Below, in pieces: positions 1-9,072 of a stretch of DNA of 64,000 nucleotides. The notes under the pieces are model-generated. The model searched no databases. It was not told the origin of the DNA and saw nothing but the letters and a program-made list of their open reading frames with translations. Source of the DNA: Candidatus Wallbacteria bacterium (lineage in GTDB: Bacteria; Muiribacteriota; UBA6191; JACPRK01); assembly GCA_016190005.1 (NCBI GenBank), contig JACPRK010000170.1, positions 1,877 through 65,876 on the forward strand, given 5' to 3'. How positions within the stretch are numbered: position 1 is the stretch's first letter; the number at the start of each line of letters is the position of its first letter. The translations under genes and the position numbers were made by a program.

Positions 1-410
1 TCCAGACGCCGCATCAACAGGCCGCACCCGTGGAGGTGACCGAGCCCGTCGAGCACCTCCGAGGCCATGCGAAATGCCTCGTACGCGGGCAGCGCTCCCT
101 TGGCTTCTTCAAGGAGCTCGGCCAGACAGCTCGAGTCACGCAGGTCGGTGACGTAGAAGAGCCTCCCCTGCGTCACGCCGACGTCGAGCACCTTGATGAC
201 TGCGGCATGATCGAGCGTCAGGAGCGCCTCGCACTCCTTGCGGAATCGCAGGTGCGCCTCGTCCGGCCCGCCCACCGGCTCGTCAAGCAGCCGAATTTCG
301 ACTCCTCGACCCAGCGACTCCTGCACGGCGGAGAAGCGGCGAACCTCCGGCCTCAGGGCCGGCAGCTCGGCCCGGACGCTGTAGCGCGACAGGGTCGGCA
401 ATGCGGCCAC
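1..410 (-). CDS. Protein-kinase-like domain protein, N-terminal part only (gene runs off the left edge); catalytic residues look degenerate (possible pseudokinase)
   Basis: Own translation of the minus strand from GTG at 410: VAALPTLSRYSVRAEL...AVQESLGRGVEIRLLDE...LDHAAVIKVLDVGVTQGRLFYVTDL...EVLDGLGHLHGCGLLMRRL. Layout resembles Ser/Thr kinase subdomains I-VIb, but the VAIK Lys is Arg (VEIR) and HRD is MRR. Absent from the ORF track because it is open at the window edge. The + strand ORF 30..458 has an R/G/P-rich artefact-like composition. Confidence 0.4.
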   Translation of the reverse strand, partial: MAALPTLSRYSVRAELPALRPEVRRFSAVQESLGRGVEIRLLDEPVGGPDEAHLRFRKECEALLTLDHAAVIKVLDVGVTQGRLFYVTDLRDSSCLAELLEEAKGALPAYEAFRMASEVLDGLGHLHGCGLLMRRL

Positions 411-424
411 GACCCCGATTGTAG

Positions 425-452
425 CACCGGGCTCGCGACGGCGAGCCCGGTG
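425..452 (-). terminator. Perfect 12-bp GC-rich hairpin (CACCGGGCTCGC-GACG-GCGAGCCCGGTG) about 100 nt downstream of the cytochrome c gene; candidate intrinsic terminator without a U-tract
   Basis: Inverted repeat read directly from the sequence. It lies between the stop of the minus-strand gene at 554 and the next minus-strand start at about 410. No T-run follows on either strand. Confidence 0.35.
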
Positions 453-553
453 CCGTGATTCAGCGTGAGTGACGGACAGTACATCCGGATACGAGGGTGT
501 ACGCAGGGAGCCGGATTGCGGAATCGTCGCGGACCCGTCCCTTTCCCTGGCCG

Positions 554-2179
554 CTACTTCGCCGGTGCCTTCGGCGAGATCGCGTCCGCCAGCAGCTGGA
601 TGCCCTTGCGGGCCTCCTCGACTGAAGTCGTCAGGGATTGGCGCGCCGCGTCGGGGTTGTGGAACCCGTCCGAGTTCTCGGCCGTCCACCACTCCCAGAG
701 AACGTGCGCTTTCATGTGCTGCTCCTGGGCTTGCTTCAGGATGTCCTCGGCCACGCCGGCCTTCTTGGCTTCGGCGATCTTGTCGATGAGCGCTCCGAGC
801 CAGAACTCGGCCTTGCGCATCTTGCCGCGCACGTAGTGCTTGATGGAGTCGATCTGGTAGATCGCCTTCTTCTCGTCCATGTCCTTGTGGCAGCGCAGGC
901 AGGTCTGTTCGAGATAGTTGCGCGGGCTCGTCTGCCAGTGCGACGTGTAGGTCTTGCCGGCCTTGTTCTTGACCTTGGGCATGTGGCAGTCGGCGCAACC
1001 GACGCCGTTCTTGTCATGGCGCGAATTCCAGAAGGTCTCGGCCTCGGGGTGCTGCGCCTTCCAGAGCAGGCCGCCCGTGCCGGCATGCTTGAAGTCGCGG
1101 AACCCGAGCTTGTTGTAGTGCTCGTACATCTGGAACACGTCCTTGAACGGGAAGTGGTTCGTCACGCCCGAGTCGTAGCCGACCTTCGTGCCGTCCGCAG
1201 GATTGAAGCCGGCGTTGCAGTTGTACTCGACGTGACACTGGCCGCACTGGAGCTTGGAGTCGTACTTCTCGAGAAGGGCGATCTTGCGGAAGCCCTCCCG
1301 GAACTCGACGACGTCGATCTTGGTGGCCTTCGGGTCCTTGTGCCAGAGCGTGTCCTTCTCGGGGCGGGTCAGCGCCTGGATCAGCGCGTCGCGAACGATT
1401 CGAGGCTTCGCGGCGTGCGGGTCGTGACAGAAGATGCAGTTCAGCGCATTGCTCACGGATCGGGCGACCTCCACGGGGTTGCTCGTACGATCGAAGCGCG
1501 CCTTCGGGTCCTTGTCCCCCATGAACTTCCAGCGCAGGATGTTGTCCTGGCTCTTGCACTGAATGCAGGTCGGGTTGGCCGCCGGCGCCGTTTCAGGCTT
1601 GAAGGGCTTGTGCTCGTTGGTCCCGGGAACGGTGTCCTCGAGAACGTCCCACGCCTTGAGCACGCCTTGCTCGGTCACGTACTGCCAGCCCTTCTTGGGC
1701 TGGAACCGACCGCCATAGGCCCGGTCGACGGCAAGGTGATCGACGAGCATGAACGTGTGGCCTCGCGGGGCGTTGTGCTCCTTCGTGAATCCGTGGCCCG
1801 CCATCAGCTTCTCCCAGGCTGGGTTCGGGGAGCGCTCGGCGGGCTGCGACTTTTCGACTCTCGCGAGCTTCTTGTAATCGAACGTCGAGAAGCTCGAGAA
1901 CTGGTCCTTGTGGCAGCCGCCGCACGTCTCGTGATCCAGACGCGTGCCTGGAAGCGACTCGACGTTGGTAGCGTGGGCCGAAAGCCCCGAGTGACAGGCG
2001 GTGCAGGACAGCGCCGCGTGCTTGCCCAGGGCCTTGAGCGGTTCGATCTCTTTGTGGCAACCGAGACACTCCGCCATGTCGATTTTCTCGACAGCGGGTT
2101 TCTTGCTCTCCGCAGCCGAGAGCGGCCAGATAGTGAGCGACAGGGCCAGGATCAACGCCGATGAATGATGGCATCTCAT
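554..2179 (-). CDS. Octaheme cytochrome c nitrite reductase family protein (ONR/TvNiR-like, NrfA-related)
   Basis: 541 aa with a signal peptide. Eight heme motifs in order: CLGCH, CTACH, CGGCH, CIQCK, CIFCH, CGQCH, CADCH, CLRCH. The fourth is CxxCK, as in the NrfA/ONR catalytic heme. NrfA-type signatures CGQCHVEY and WWTAENSDGFHNP are present. Confidence 0.85.
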   Translation of the reverse strand: MRCHHSSALILALSLTIWPLSAAESKKPAVEKIDMAECLGCHKEIEPLKALGKHAALSCTACHSGLSAHATNVESLPGTRLDHETCGGCHKDQFSSFSTFDYKKLARVEKSQPAERSPNPAWEKLMAGHGFTKEHNAPRGHTFMLVDHLAVDRAYGGRFQPKKGWQYVTEQGVLKAWDVLEDTVPGTNEHKPFKPETAPAANPTCIQCKSQDNILRWKFMGDKDPKARFDRTSNPVEVARSVSNALNCIFCHDPHAAKPRIVRDALIQALTRPEKDTLWHKDPKATKIDVVEFREGFRKIALLEKYDSKLQCGQCHVEYNCNAGFNPADGTKVGYDSGVTNHFPFKDVFQMYEHYNKLGFRDFKHAGTGGLLWKAQHPEAETFWNSRHDKNGVGCADCHMPKVKNKAGKTYTSHWQTSPRNYLEQTCLRCHKDMDEKKAIYQIDSIKHYVRGKMRKAEFWLGALIDKIAEAKKAGVAEDILKQAQEQHMKAHVLWEWWTAENSDGFHNPDAARQSLTTSVEEARKGIQLLADAISPKAPAK

Positions 2180-2246
2180 GGGGTCCTCCTCGGGTCAGCT
2201 GAGCACTGAAGGTGGATCCACTTTGGAACAACTCATCACGGATGTC

Positions 2247-2262
2247 TGTGACGCCACTCACG
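2247..2262. promoter_or_regulatory. CRP/FNR-family-like inverted repeat TGTGA-N6-TCACG in the divergent promoter region
   Basis: TGTGAcgccacTCACg lies 68-83 nt upstream of the cytochrome c start codon (2179). It overlaps a second small palindrome, CTCAC-ggaa-GTGAG (2257..2270). The region is locally lower in GC. Confidence 0.3.
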
Positions 2263-2348
2263 GAAGTGAGCAGTTGTTTACAAGAAACGACTGTGGTCCC
2301 TCCCGGCCCCGACCGTAGCAGCGGACACTCGGACGTGATACGCATGAA

Positions 2349-3983
2349 ATGATGCAGGACAGACACCCCGTAGCCGCCGACGCCGGACCGCCGCACGCGC
2401 GTTCCAGGACGAGGGCTGCTCGCCGTGGCGGTTACACCCTCACCGAGCTCCTGGTGGGCCTGGCCGTCGGACTGGTGATCGTCGCGGTGCTCTACGCGGT
2501 CCTTTCGCTCGTCTACCGCGCCGGTGATCGGGCGGACGCCGAGGGAGGCAGCGCTCTGGAGTTGACGGAGCTGCTGGAGCATTTGTGTCAGGATTTGAGG
2601 GACGCCGACGAGCTGGCGTTCGAGGAGACGCGCGACGTGACGACGCTGCGACTGGTGCGCAAGGGCCCCGAGGGCCCTGCCGCGGTCGCGGCTTACGAGG
2701 TGACGGGCGCAGGACGGAGAGTCTCGCGGCGCGCGCCGCCCGACCGGCGACGCGATTACGACTTCACGCGCGGCCCCGGAGAGACAGACCCTCTGATGCT
2801 CGAGCTCTCCGCGGACCGGCGCACCCTCTTCGCGCGCGGACTGGGCCTGCGGCTGCACTTGCCGACCCCGGAGGCGCGCGCCGCACTCTCGAGCGCGGGG
2901 GGAGCGGCGTCCGCGAGCGGGCGCGACGGCGGCGGCCCGGATGCCGGCGGCGCCGCGCCAGAGCAGGCCCCGCAGGAGTTCGCTTTCGGTCCGGCACCAG
3001 CGCCCTCGAGCGGCGCGGTGCCCGATGGCGCAGACCTGCAGGAGGCTCCCGGCTCGAGCGCGGAGCCCGGTGGCGCCTCCGACTTCCCTGAGCCGCTCGC
3101 GCTGGCGGGAACCGGCGTGCCGATGGAAGGCGACGCGCACCCCATGGCCGTCCTCTACAGGTTCGCCGGCGGCGGCGACGAGGCCCCCATCCCGGGCGTC
3201 GATCCGGCAGGCCGGCGCTTCGGCTTCTACGAGAGCCGTTCCAATCTGGGCGACGCTGAAGGTGGACAGCCGCTCCTCTTCCTCCGGGGCGCCCGCGGCG
3301 AGCGGGACCCGGTCGAGCCGATGTATGTGCTGCCCGACCCGGCGACCGGCCGCATGCTGGCCGGAGGCACGCCCGACGACTCCTGGCCTGGCATCGCAGG
3401 CGGCCCGGGTCTGGGGAGCGGTGGGCCGGGTCCACGCGGCCCGGACCCGAGTGCCGGGACGGACACCGAGGGCAGCCCGCCCTCCGCCAGCGGCGGCCGC
3501 CCTGGCCCCGTGGCGGTCGACCCCCGCCGGGCGGCGCCGGCCCCGGACAGGTTGACGCTCGACCGCGCCCTGGCCGCAGCCATCACCGGCGACGACACGG
3601 CGCGCCAGGCGCTGCTCGATACGCTCCGAGACATGCGCGGTCTGCCGGCAGGTGCGGGCGACGCGATCCTCGAGCAGGTCGCCACTGGCATCGACCAGGC
3701 CCGCGAGAACATCGAGGCCCGGCGCGCGCAATCCGGAGAGGACCCGGAAGGTGAATTCGGTCCTCTTTCACGCACCACCTCCGTCGAGCGCCAGGTCCTC
3801 GCCAATATGATCCGCCGCGAGCAGGGGCTTTCCGAGTCCGAGGAGGAGGCCGCCGCCCGCGCCGTGGAGGACCGCCGCCGCAACCCCGCCGAACCCGCCG
3901 AACCGCCTGCGCCCGCCGCACCGGATTCCCCGCCTCCCGCCGCCGAGCCGCCTCCCGCCCAGGAGCCCCCCGACGGCAGATAG
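2349..3983 (+). CDS. Prepilin-type N-terminal cleavage/methylation domain protein with a long low-complexity P/G/A/D-rich body
   Basis: N-terminus ...RRGG|YTLTELLVGLAVGLVIVAVLY fits the type IV pilin/pseudopilin class III signal (G at -1, E at +5, hydrophobic helix). The remaining ~480 aa are largely low complexity. The antisense 712-aa ORF is judged an artefact. Confidence 0.6.
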   Translation: MMQDRHPVAADAGPPHARSRTRAARRGGYTLTELLVGLAVGLVIVAVLYAVLSLVYRAGDRADAEGGSALELTELLEHLCQDLRDADELAFEETRDVTTLRLVRKGPEGPAAVAAYEVTGAGRRVSRRAPPDRRRDYDFTRGPGETDPLMLELSADRRTLFARGLGLRLHLPTPEARAALSSAGGAASASGRDGGGPDAGGAAPEQAPQEFAFGPAPAPSSGAVPDGADLQEAPGSSAEPGGASDFPEPLALAGTGVPMEGDAHPMAVLYRFAGGGDEAPIPGVDPAGRRFGFYESRSNLGDAEGGQPLLFLRGARGERDPVEPMYVLPDPATGRMLAGGTPDDSWPGIAGGPGLGSGGPGPRGPDPSAGTDTEGSPPSASGGRPGPVAVDPRRAAPAPDRLTLDRALAAAITGDDTARQALLDTLRDMRGLPAGAGDAILEQVATGIDQARENIEARRAQSGEDPEGEFGPLSRTTSVERQVLANMIRREQGLSESEEEAAARAVEDRRRNPAEPAEPPAPAAPDSPPPAAEPPPAQEPPDGR

Positions 3984-4095
3984 CGGCCCCCCGCCTTCCG
4001 CGAACCAAGCGCCATCCTCACGGGGGCGTTGTCTTGGCGCGCCTTCGAGCGTACAGTCTCCAGACGACCGGTTGGGCCGCGAGGAGGACGCGAAC

Positions 4096-4779
4096 ATGCA
4101 AGTCGAGATTCTCTACCAGGGGGCGTTCGCGCTGGCAAAGCTCGCGCTCGAACAAGGCGAATCGGCGAAGGCCGAATCGGGCGCGATGGTCGCGATGAGC
4201 CCGACAGTCGACGTCGAGTCCCGCCTGGACGGCGGCGTCTTCGGCGCCCTGAAACGGAAGTTCCTCACCGGTGAGACGTTCTTCTTCCAGACGCTGCGCG
4301 CCACCCGGGGCCCGGGCGAAGTCCTCATCGCCCCCACCGTGCCGGGCGAGATTCTGAGCCTCGAGCTCGACGGGGCGCACGCCTACTGCCTCCAGAAGGA
4401 CGGCTTCCTGGCCAGCTCCGTCGGCGTCGACGTGCAGACCAAGACCCAGAGCCTCGCCAAGGGCTTCTTCAGCGGCGAGGGGTTCTTCGTCCTCCAGGCC
4501 ACCGGCACCGGCTCGCTCCTGGTCAACTCGTTCGGCTCCATCCACCGCCTGCTGCTCGGCCCCGCCCAGGAGTACATCGTCGACAACAGCCACCTGGTCG
4601 CCTGGAGCTCCTCCACGGAGTACGAGATCCGCAAGGCTTCCTCGGGCTGGTTCTCCAGCGTCGCCTCGGGCGAGGGGCTCGTCTGCCACTTCCAAGGCCC
4701 TGGCGAAGTCTTCATCCAGACCCGCAACCCGGGCGCCTTCGGCAGCTGGATCCGCCAGTTCATCCCGACCTCCGGCTGA
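4096..4779 (+). CDS. AIM24/TIGR00266 (DUF124) family protein
   Basis: MQVEILYQGAFALAKLALEQGESAKAESGAMVAMS...GEGFFVLQATGTGSLLVNSFGSI...VAWSSS...GEGLVCHFQGPGEVFIQTRN matches the family pattern by eye. GAGGAGG sits 8 nt upstream of the ATG at 4096. Confidence 0.8.
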   Translation: MQVEILYQGAFALAKLALEQGESAKAESGAMVAMSPTVDVESRLDGGVFGALKRKFLTGETFFFQTLRATRGPGEVLIAPTVPGEILSLELDGAHAYCLQKDGFLASSVGVDVQTKTQSLAKGFFSGEGFFVLQATGTGSLLVNSFGSIHRLLLGPAQEYIVDNSHLVAWSSSTEYEIRKASSGWFSSVASGEGLVCHFQGPGEVFIQTRNPGAFGSWIRQFIPTSG

Positions 4780-4793
4780 GCCCGGGAGCCCTC

Positions 4794-5984
4794 GTGGCAC
4801 CGACGACCGAAACCGACTGCCGCGGCCTGCTCTTCGACGGCGAATCGGCACCGACCGGCGATGCGGTGTCCATCATCGTCGATGCCGACAGTCTTGTCGT
4901 TACCCGGAACGACTCGCGCCCGGCCGATATCCGCCTCGACTCGATCACGGTCGAGTGGGGCGGCATCGATCGGACTCAACTCGTGATTCGAGACCGATCG
5001 CCCGCTCCCAGCCGCTCGGAACCCGAGGAGCCCGACGCTGCCGGCCCGCAGCCGGCGGCGCGGATGCTGCTCATCGCCGACCCTCGCTTCCTCGACACGC
5101 TTTCGGCCGCTGCCGGCCCCGAGCTGGCGGCGCGCCTCGACGCGCTGCGTCAGTCCCGCCGAGGGAGCGACAGGAGATGGCGGGCCGCGGGGCTGGCCCT
5201 GGCCACGGTCATCGCCCTCGCCACACTCGAGCTGCTCCGAGGCGCGCCGCTCTTGACCGGCCTCGCCATGAGCCTCGTGCCGCCCGCGTGGGAATCGAGC
5301 GCCGGCAAGCTGCTCGTCCGGCAGTTCCTTGCCGGTCAGCGAGTCCTCGACGATCCGGCCGTGACCAAGGAGCTCTCCCGGCTCATCGCTCCCCTGGTGG
5401 AGGCGCTGGGCCCGTCACCCTACCGGTTCGAGTTCCATGTCGTGGCCTCCGACGACATCAACGCTTTCGCCTTGCCCGGAGGCCAGGTCGTCCTGCTCAC
5501 GGGCCTCGTGAAAACGGCCGCCTCGGCCGAAGAGGTCGCAGGCGTTCTCGCCCACGAAATCCAGCACGTGGTCGGACGCCATACGCTGAGAAGCTTCGCC
5601 CAGAGGGTAGGACTGTCGGTGGTGCTGGGGCTGTTGCTCGGTGACGTCCAGGAGCTGGCCGGGCTCGCCTCCATCCTGATGACCTCCCGGTACAGCCGCA
5701 CCCAGGAGTCCTGGGCCGACGCCGAGGGCGCGCGGCTCCTGGTCCGTGCCGGCTTGCCGGTGGAGCCGATGGCTGCCTTCTTCGAGAAGCTGCAGGCCCG
5801 GGATTCGGGCGCAGGCCAGGCCCTCGAGTTCCTGGCCAGCCACCCCGCCAGCGCCGGCCGGGCCGCCGCCGTCCGAAAGCTCGCCCTGCAACAGAACGCT
5901 CGCCCGCCCAAACTACGCTCGCTCGGCATCGACTGGCCGCGATTTCAGAGCCTCGTCGCAACCCGCAGCTCCACCGGGCCGTAG
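4794..5984 (+). CDS. M48 family zinc metallopeptidase
   Basis: DINAFALPGGQVVLLTGL followed by the HEIQH (HExxH) zinc motif. Membrane helices lie upstream of the catalytic domain. GTG start 15 nt after the AIM24 stop. Confidence 0.8.
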   Translation: MAPTTETDCRGLLFDGESAPTGDAVSIIVDADSLVVTRNDSRPADIRLDSITVEWGGIDRTQLVIRDRSPAPSRSEPEEPDAAGPQPAARMLLIADPRFLDTLSAAAGPELAARLDALRQSRRGSDRRWRAAGLALATVIALATLELLRGAPLLTGLAMSLVPPAWESSAGKLLVRQFLAGQRVLDDPAVTKELSRLIAPLVEALGPSPYRFEFHVVASDDINAFALPGGQVVLLTGLVKTAASAEEVAGVLAHEIQHVVGRHTLRSFAQRVGLSVVLGLLLGDVQELAGLASILMTSRYSRTQESWADAEGARLLVRAGLPVEPMAAFFEKLQARDSGAGQALEFLASHPASAGRAAAVRKLALQQNARPPKLRSLGIDWPRFQSLVATRSSTGP

Positions 5985-6014
5985 TACTGATGGCGCCGCC
6001 GGCGCCGTCATCTC

Positions 6015-7316
6015 ATGTTGCGATTCCTGCTCGCGCTGCTCCTCTGCCTCGCCGCCCAGGCGGCGTCCATGGCGGCGGCGCCGGCCCTCGAGCAGGTCGA
6101 TCGCCAACTCTCGGCGGCAGTCCTCGAGCTCGAGGCGAAGCTCGTCTCGATGGGGCGGCTCGATCCGGCCCGCCTCACCGGCGCCCCGGAGATCTTCAAG
6201 ACGATGCAGTCCGGCTGGTTCAACGTGCCGGGCGAGTACATGTCCGAGGTCAAGGGCGTGCGCAGGTTCGTCGACGAGGTCAAGAAAGCCCGCAAGGCGA
6301 TGGGCGAAGACAGCGCCCGCGCAACCCTCACGGACTTCACCATCGCCCTCTGGCAGTCGTCACCGGACCGGCAGCTTGCGGCCGGCAACGCGGTCATCCT
6401 TCTCGACACGCTCTACAACATCGACACCATCGAAGACCCGGCCGACATGGCCCGCCACCTCGAGGTTCGACGGATCTTCTCCGACCTGCAGATGGCCATG
6501 GGCCAGCGCGCCTACCTCGCCAAGCCGCACCAGCCCAGGCAAGCCCAGCCCGCGCCGGCCCTGGTGCGCACCGCAATCTCGGTCCTCTCGAAGCTCCCCG
6601 GAGAGAAGGGTCGGGCCATCAAGACAACGGTCGGTCTGCTCGGTGTCGAGGACCTGACCGCATCGATCTTCTCCAACCACGCCCAGGCCCGTCTGAAGGA
6701 CCCCGCCGTGCGGGAGCGCATCCTGCGCCTCCACGATGCTCTGCTCGAGCGCCTCCGCGGCGCCAGGGCCGGCCGCCCGGGTCCTGGCCTCTGGGAGCTC
6801 GCCCTCGAGGTCTCAGGCGGTGCCAGCGAGGCCGTCGAGCTCCTCGGCGTCTTCACCACCCAGCACCGCACGCTGGCCAAGACCCTCCTGCCCCGCGCCG
6901 AGTCCTTCGAGGCCAAGCTGCCCGTGCTGCTCCCCCTGACCCGCTGCGCCTCCAACTTCTTCCTCGTCCAGGAGCTCGACGAGCTGACGCGCGCCCCCGG
7001 CGGCCTCTACAGCTTCCCGTACCCCGAGGGCTTCGCAACGGACAACCGCCGCTTCTACCACTTCTGGTCCGAGGCGTTCATCGCGCACGAGCTCGCCCGG
7101 CAAGGCGTGAGCGAGGGCACCGTCCGGTTCGTCACCTCCAACCTGGGCAAGGCCTACGAGAGCTACACGCTGCCTCTCAACCTGCGATTCGCCATGAAGA
7201 CCGGTGCCAAGGTCGGCCCGGTGTTCGGCGGCTGGTCGGAGGACGTGAGCGCCCACAAGAAGGGCGCCGAGTTCGGCCTCTCGCTCTCGAAGAGCTCCGC
7301 TCCCGCGGCGCGCTAG
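6015..7316 (+). CDS. Secreted hypothetical protein
   Basis: 433 aa with balanced composition and signal peptide MLRFLLALLLCLAAQAASMAAAP. No motif I can name. Follows the M48 gene by 30 nt. Confidence 0.6.
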   Translation: MLRFLLALLLCLAAQAASMAAAPALEQVDRQLSAAVLELEAKLVSMGRLDPARLTGAPEIFKTMQSGWFNVPGEYMSEVKGVRRFVDEVKKARKAMGEDSARATLTDFTIALWQSSPDRQLAAGNAVILLDTLYNIDTIEDPADMARHLEVRRIFSDLQMAMGQRAYLAKPHQPRQAQPAPALVRTAISVLSKLPGEKGRAIKTTVGLLGVEDLTASIFSNHAQARLKDPAVRERILRLHDALLERLRGARAGRPGPGLWELALEVSGGASEAVELLGVFTTQHRTLAKTLLPRAESFEAKLPVLLPLTRCASNFFLVQELDELTRAPGGLYSFPYPEGFATDNRRFYHFWSEAFIAHELARQGVSEGTVRFVTSNLGKAYESYTLPLNLRFAMKTGAKVGPVFGGWSEDVSAHKKGAEFGLSLSKSSAPAAR

Positions 7317-7320
7317 CCCC

Positions 7321-7845
7321 TCAGATCCGCTCCCGGCGCGCCAGCTCGGCCAGGACGTGCTCCACGGACTCGTCGACGCCCATGCGCCCCGTTTCGACCA
7401 CGATCTCGGGAACGGCCGGCTCTTCGTACGGATCGCTGATCCCGGTGAACTCCTTGAGCTCGCCGGCCAGCGCGCGAGCGTACATCCCCTTCACGTCGCG
7501 CCGGATGCACTCCTCCAGCGGCGCCTTCACGTAGAGCTCGACGAAATCCGGAATCATTGCACGCAGCTCCGCGCGGACTTCGCGGTAGGGCGAGATCGCC
7601 GCTCCGATCGCGACCACCCCATTGCGCGAAAGCAGGTGGCAGACGAAGCCGATCCGGCGGATGTTCGTGTCCCGGTCCTCTCGCGAAAAGCCGAGACCCT
7701 TCGACAGATGGGTCCGCACGACATCGCCATCGAGAACCTCCACATTCTTCCCCAGCTCCCGCAGTCGCGGCGCCAGCGCCGAGGCCAGCGTCGACTTGCC
7801 CGAACAGGGCAAACCCGTCATCCAGAGCGTGAATCCTCTTCTCAT
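7321..7845 (-). CDS. cysC: Adenylylsulfate (APS) kinase
   Basis: P-loop [11 protein letters not shown], then [31 protein letters not shown], typical of CysC. 174 aa. Confidence 0.95.
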   Translation of the reverse strand: MRRGFTLWMTGLPCSGKSTLASALAPRLRELGKNVEVLDGDVVRTHLSKGLGFSREDRDTNIRRIGFVCHLLSRNGVVAIGAAISPYREVRAELRAMIPDFVELYVKAPLEECIRRDVKGMYARALAGELKEFTGISDPYEEPAVPEIVVETGRMGVDESVEHVLAELARRERI

Positions 7846-7861
7846 CGCCTTCGCTTTGCCA

Positions 7862-9064
7862 TCACGGCCGTTCCAGCCCCCGATAGTGCTCCGTCAGCAC
7901 CGCTGCAACCTCGGGACGCGTGAACTCCCCGGGCAGCGGTTCCCCGCGGGAGAGCATCTCCCGGACGCGCGTCCCGGAGAGACTCAGATGCTCCTTCGAG
8001 TCGTGCGGGCAGGTCTTGGCCGACGCGAACCCGCCGCACGCCTTGCAAAAGAAGGTGTTGTCGAAGAAGAGCGGCACCAGGCCCAGCTGCTCTCGGGTGA
8101 AGCCTCGCAGGAGCTTCTGCGCGTCGTAGGTGCCGTAGTAGCTGCCGACGCCCGCGTGATCGCGGCCGACGATGAAGTGCGTGCAGCCGTAGTTCTTCCG
8201 CACTCGCGCATGGAAGAGCGCCTCGCGCGGACCCGCATATCGCATCGCCGACGGGAAGACCGAGAGCAGCACGCGGTCGGATGGGTAGTAGCGCCGCACC
8301 AGCGCCTCGTAGCAGCGCAGCCGCACGTCGGCCGGTATGTCCTCCCGGCGTGTCTCGCCGACCAGAGGATGCAGCAGCAAGCCGTCGACCGTCTCGAGCG
8401 CACACTTCGTCAGGTACTCGTGGGCGCGGTGGATCGGGTTGCGCGTCTGGAACCCGACGACCGTCGTCCAGCCGCGCTCCCGGAACAGTTCCCGAACCTG
8501 GCGCGGTGTCCGCAGGTGCTCGCCGAACCGTTCGTCGGCCGGCGGCGCCAGCAGGTCCACCGGCCCCGACAGGCAGTGCTCCGGAAGTGAGCGCAGCATC
8601 CGCACACCCGGATGCTCCTCGTCGGTCGTCCCGTAGGCCTCCCGGGCCTCGCGGACGGCGTCGCGCCGAAATTTCTCGCGCACCACCATCCGACCTCGCA
8701 GCCCGCGCGCCGCGTCCAAGAGCGCGATCTCGTCACCCTCTCGGATCTCCCGAGCCTCCTCGGCCGTCACGGACAGCAGCACCGGCAGCCCGATCGTCGT
8801 ACCGTCCGGCAGCGTCATGCCGCCCACGGTCGACTCGTACTGCCGCGCGTCCATGAACCCGTCGAGCGGCGCCAGCGCTCCGGTCCCCAGTAATCCCAGA
8901 TCCCAGAGGGCTATCGGATCGAGGGCGACCGAGCGCAACTCCCCGGCTCGCGCCAGGAGATCTTCCCGCTCTTCATTTCCGAGGATGCGCTCCTCTGGAG
9001 CTCGAAACTCTGCCACCCGGTCAGTATAGCCGAGGTCGCGGGTGCGGCCCTCGACCTCGGCCAT
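7862..9064 (-). CDS. sat: Sulfate adenylyltransferase (ATP sulfurylase, Sat type)
   Basis: [13 protein letters not shown] and [11 protein letters not shown] signatures. 400 aa. 16 nt upstream of cysC. Confidence 0.95.
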   Translation of the reverse strand: MAEVEGRTRDLGYTDRVAEFRAPEERILGNEEREDLLARAGELRSVALDPIALWDLGLLGTGALAPLDGFMDARQYESTVGGMTLPDGTTIGLPVLLSVTAEEAREIREGDEIALLDAARGLRGRMVVREKFRRDAVREAREAYGTTDEEHPGVRMLRSLPEHCLSGPVDLLAPPADERFGEHLRTPRQVRELFRERGWTTVVGFQTRNPIHRAHEYLTKCALETVDGLLLHPLVGETRREDIPADVRLRCYEALVRRYYPSDRVLLSVFPSAMRYAGPREALFHARVRKNYGCTHFIVGRDHAGVGSYYGTYDAQKLLRGFTREQLGLVPLFFDNTFFCKACGGFASAKTCPHDSKEHLSLSGTRVREMLSRGEPLPGEFTRPEVAAVLTEHYRGLERP

Positions 9065-9072
9065 ATCCCATC

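Noticed and set aside
30-458. 142-aa + strand ORF at the left edge
   Set aside because: The composition is artefact-like. The opposite strand gives an open, kinase-like reading frame through the whole segment.
1593-3731. 712-aa minus-strand ORF overlapping the cytochrome c and prepilin-like genes
   Set aside because: The translation is extremely R/A/G/P-rich with no recognisable motif. It overlaps a motif-rich real gene (eight heme sites) in another frame. This is a typical long antisense ORF of GC-rich DNA.
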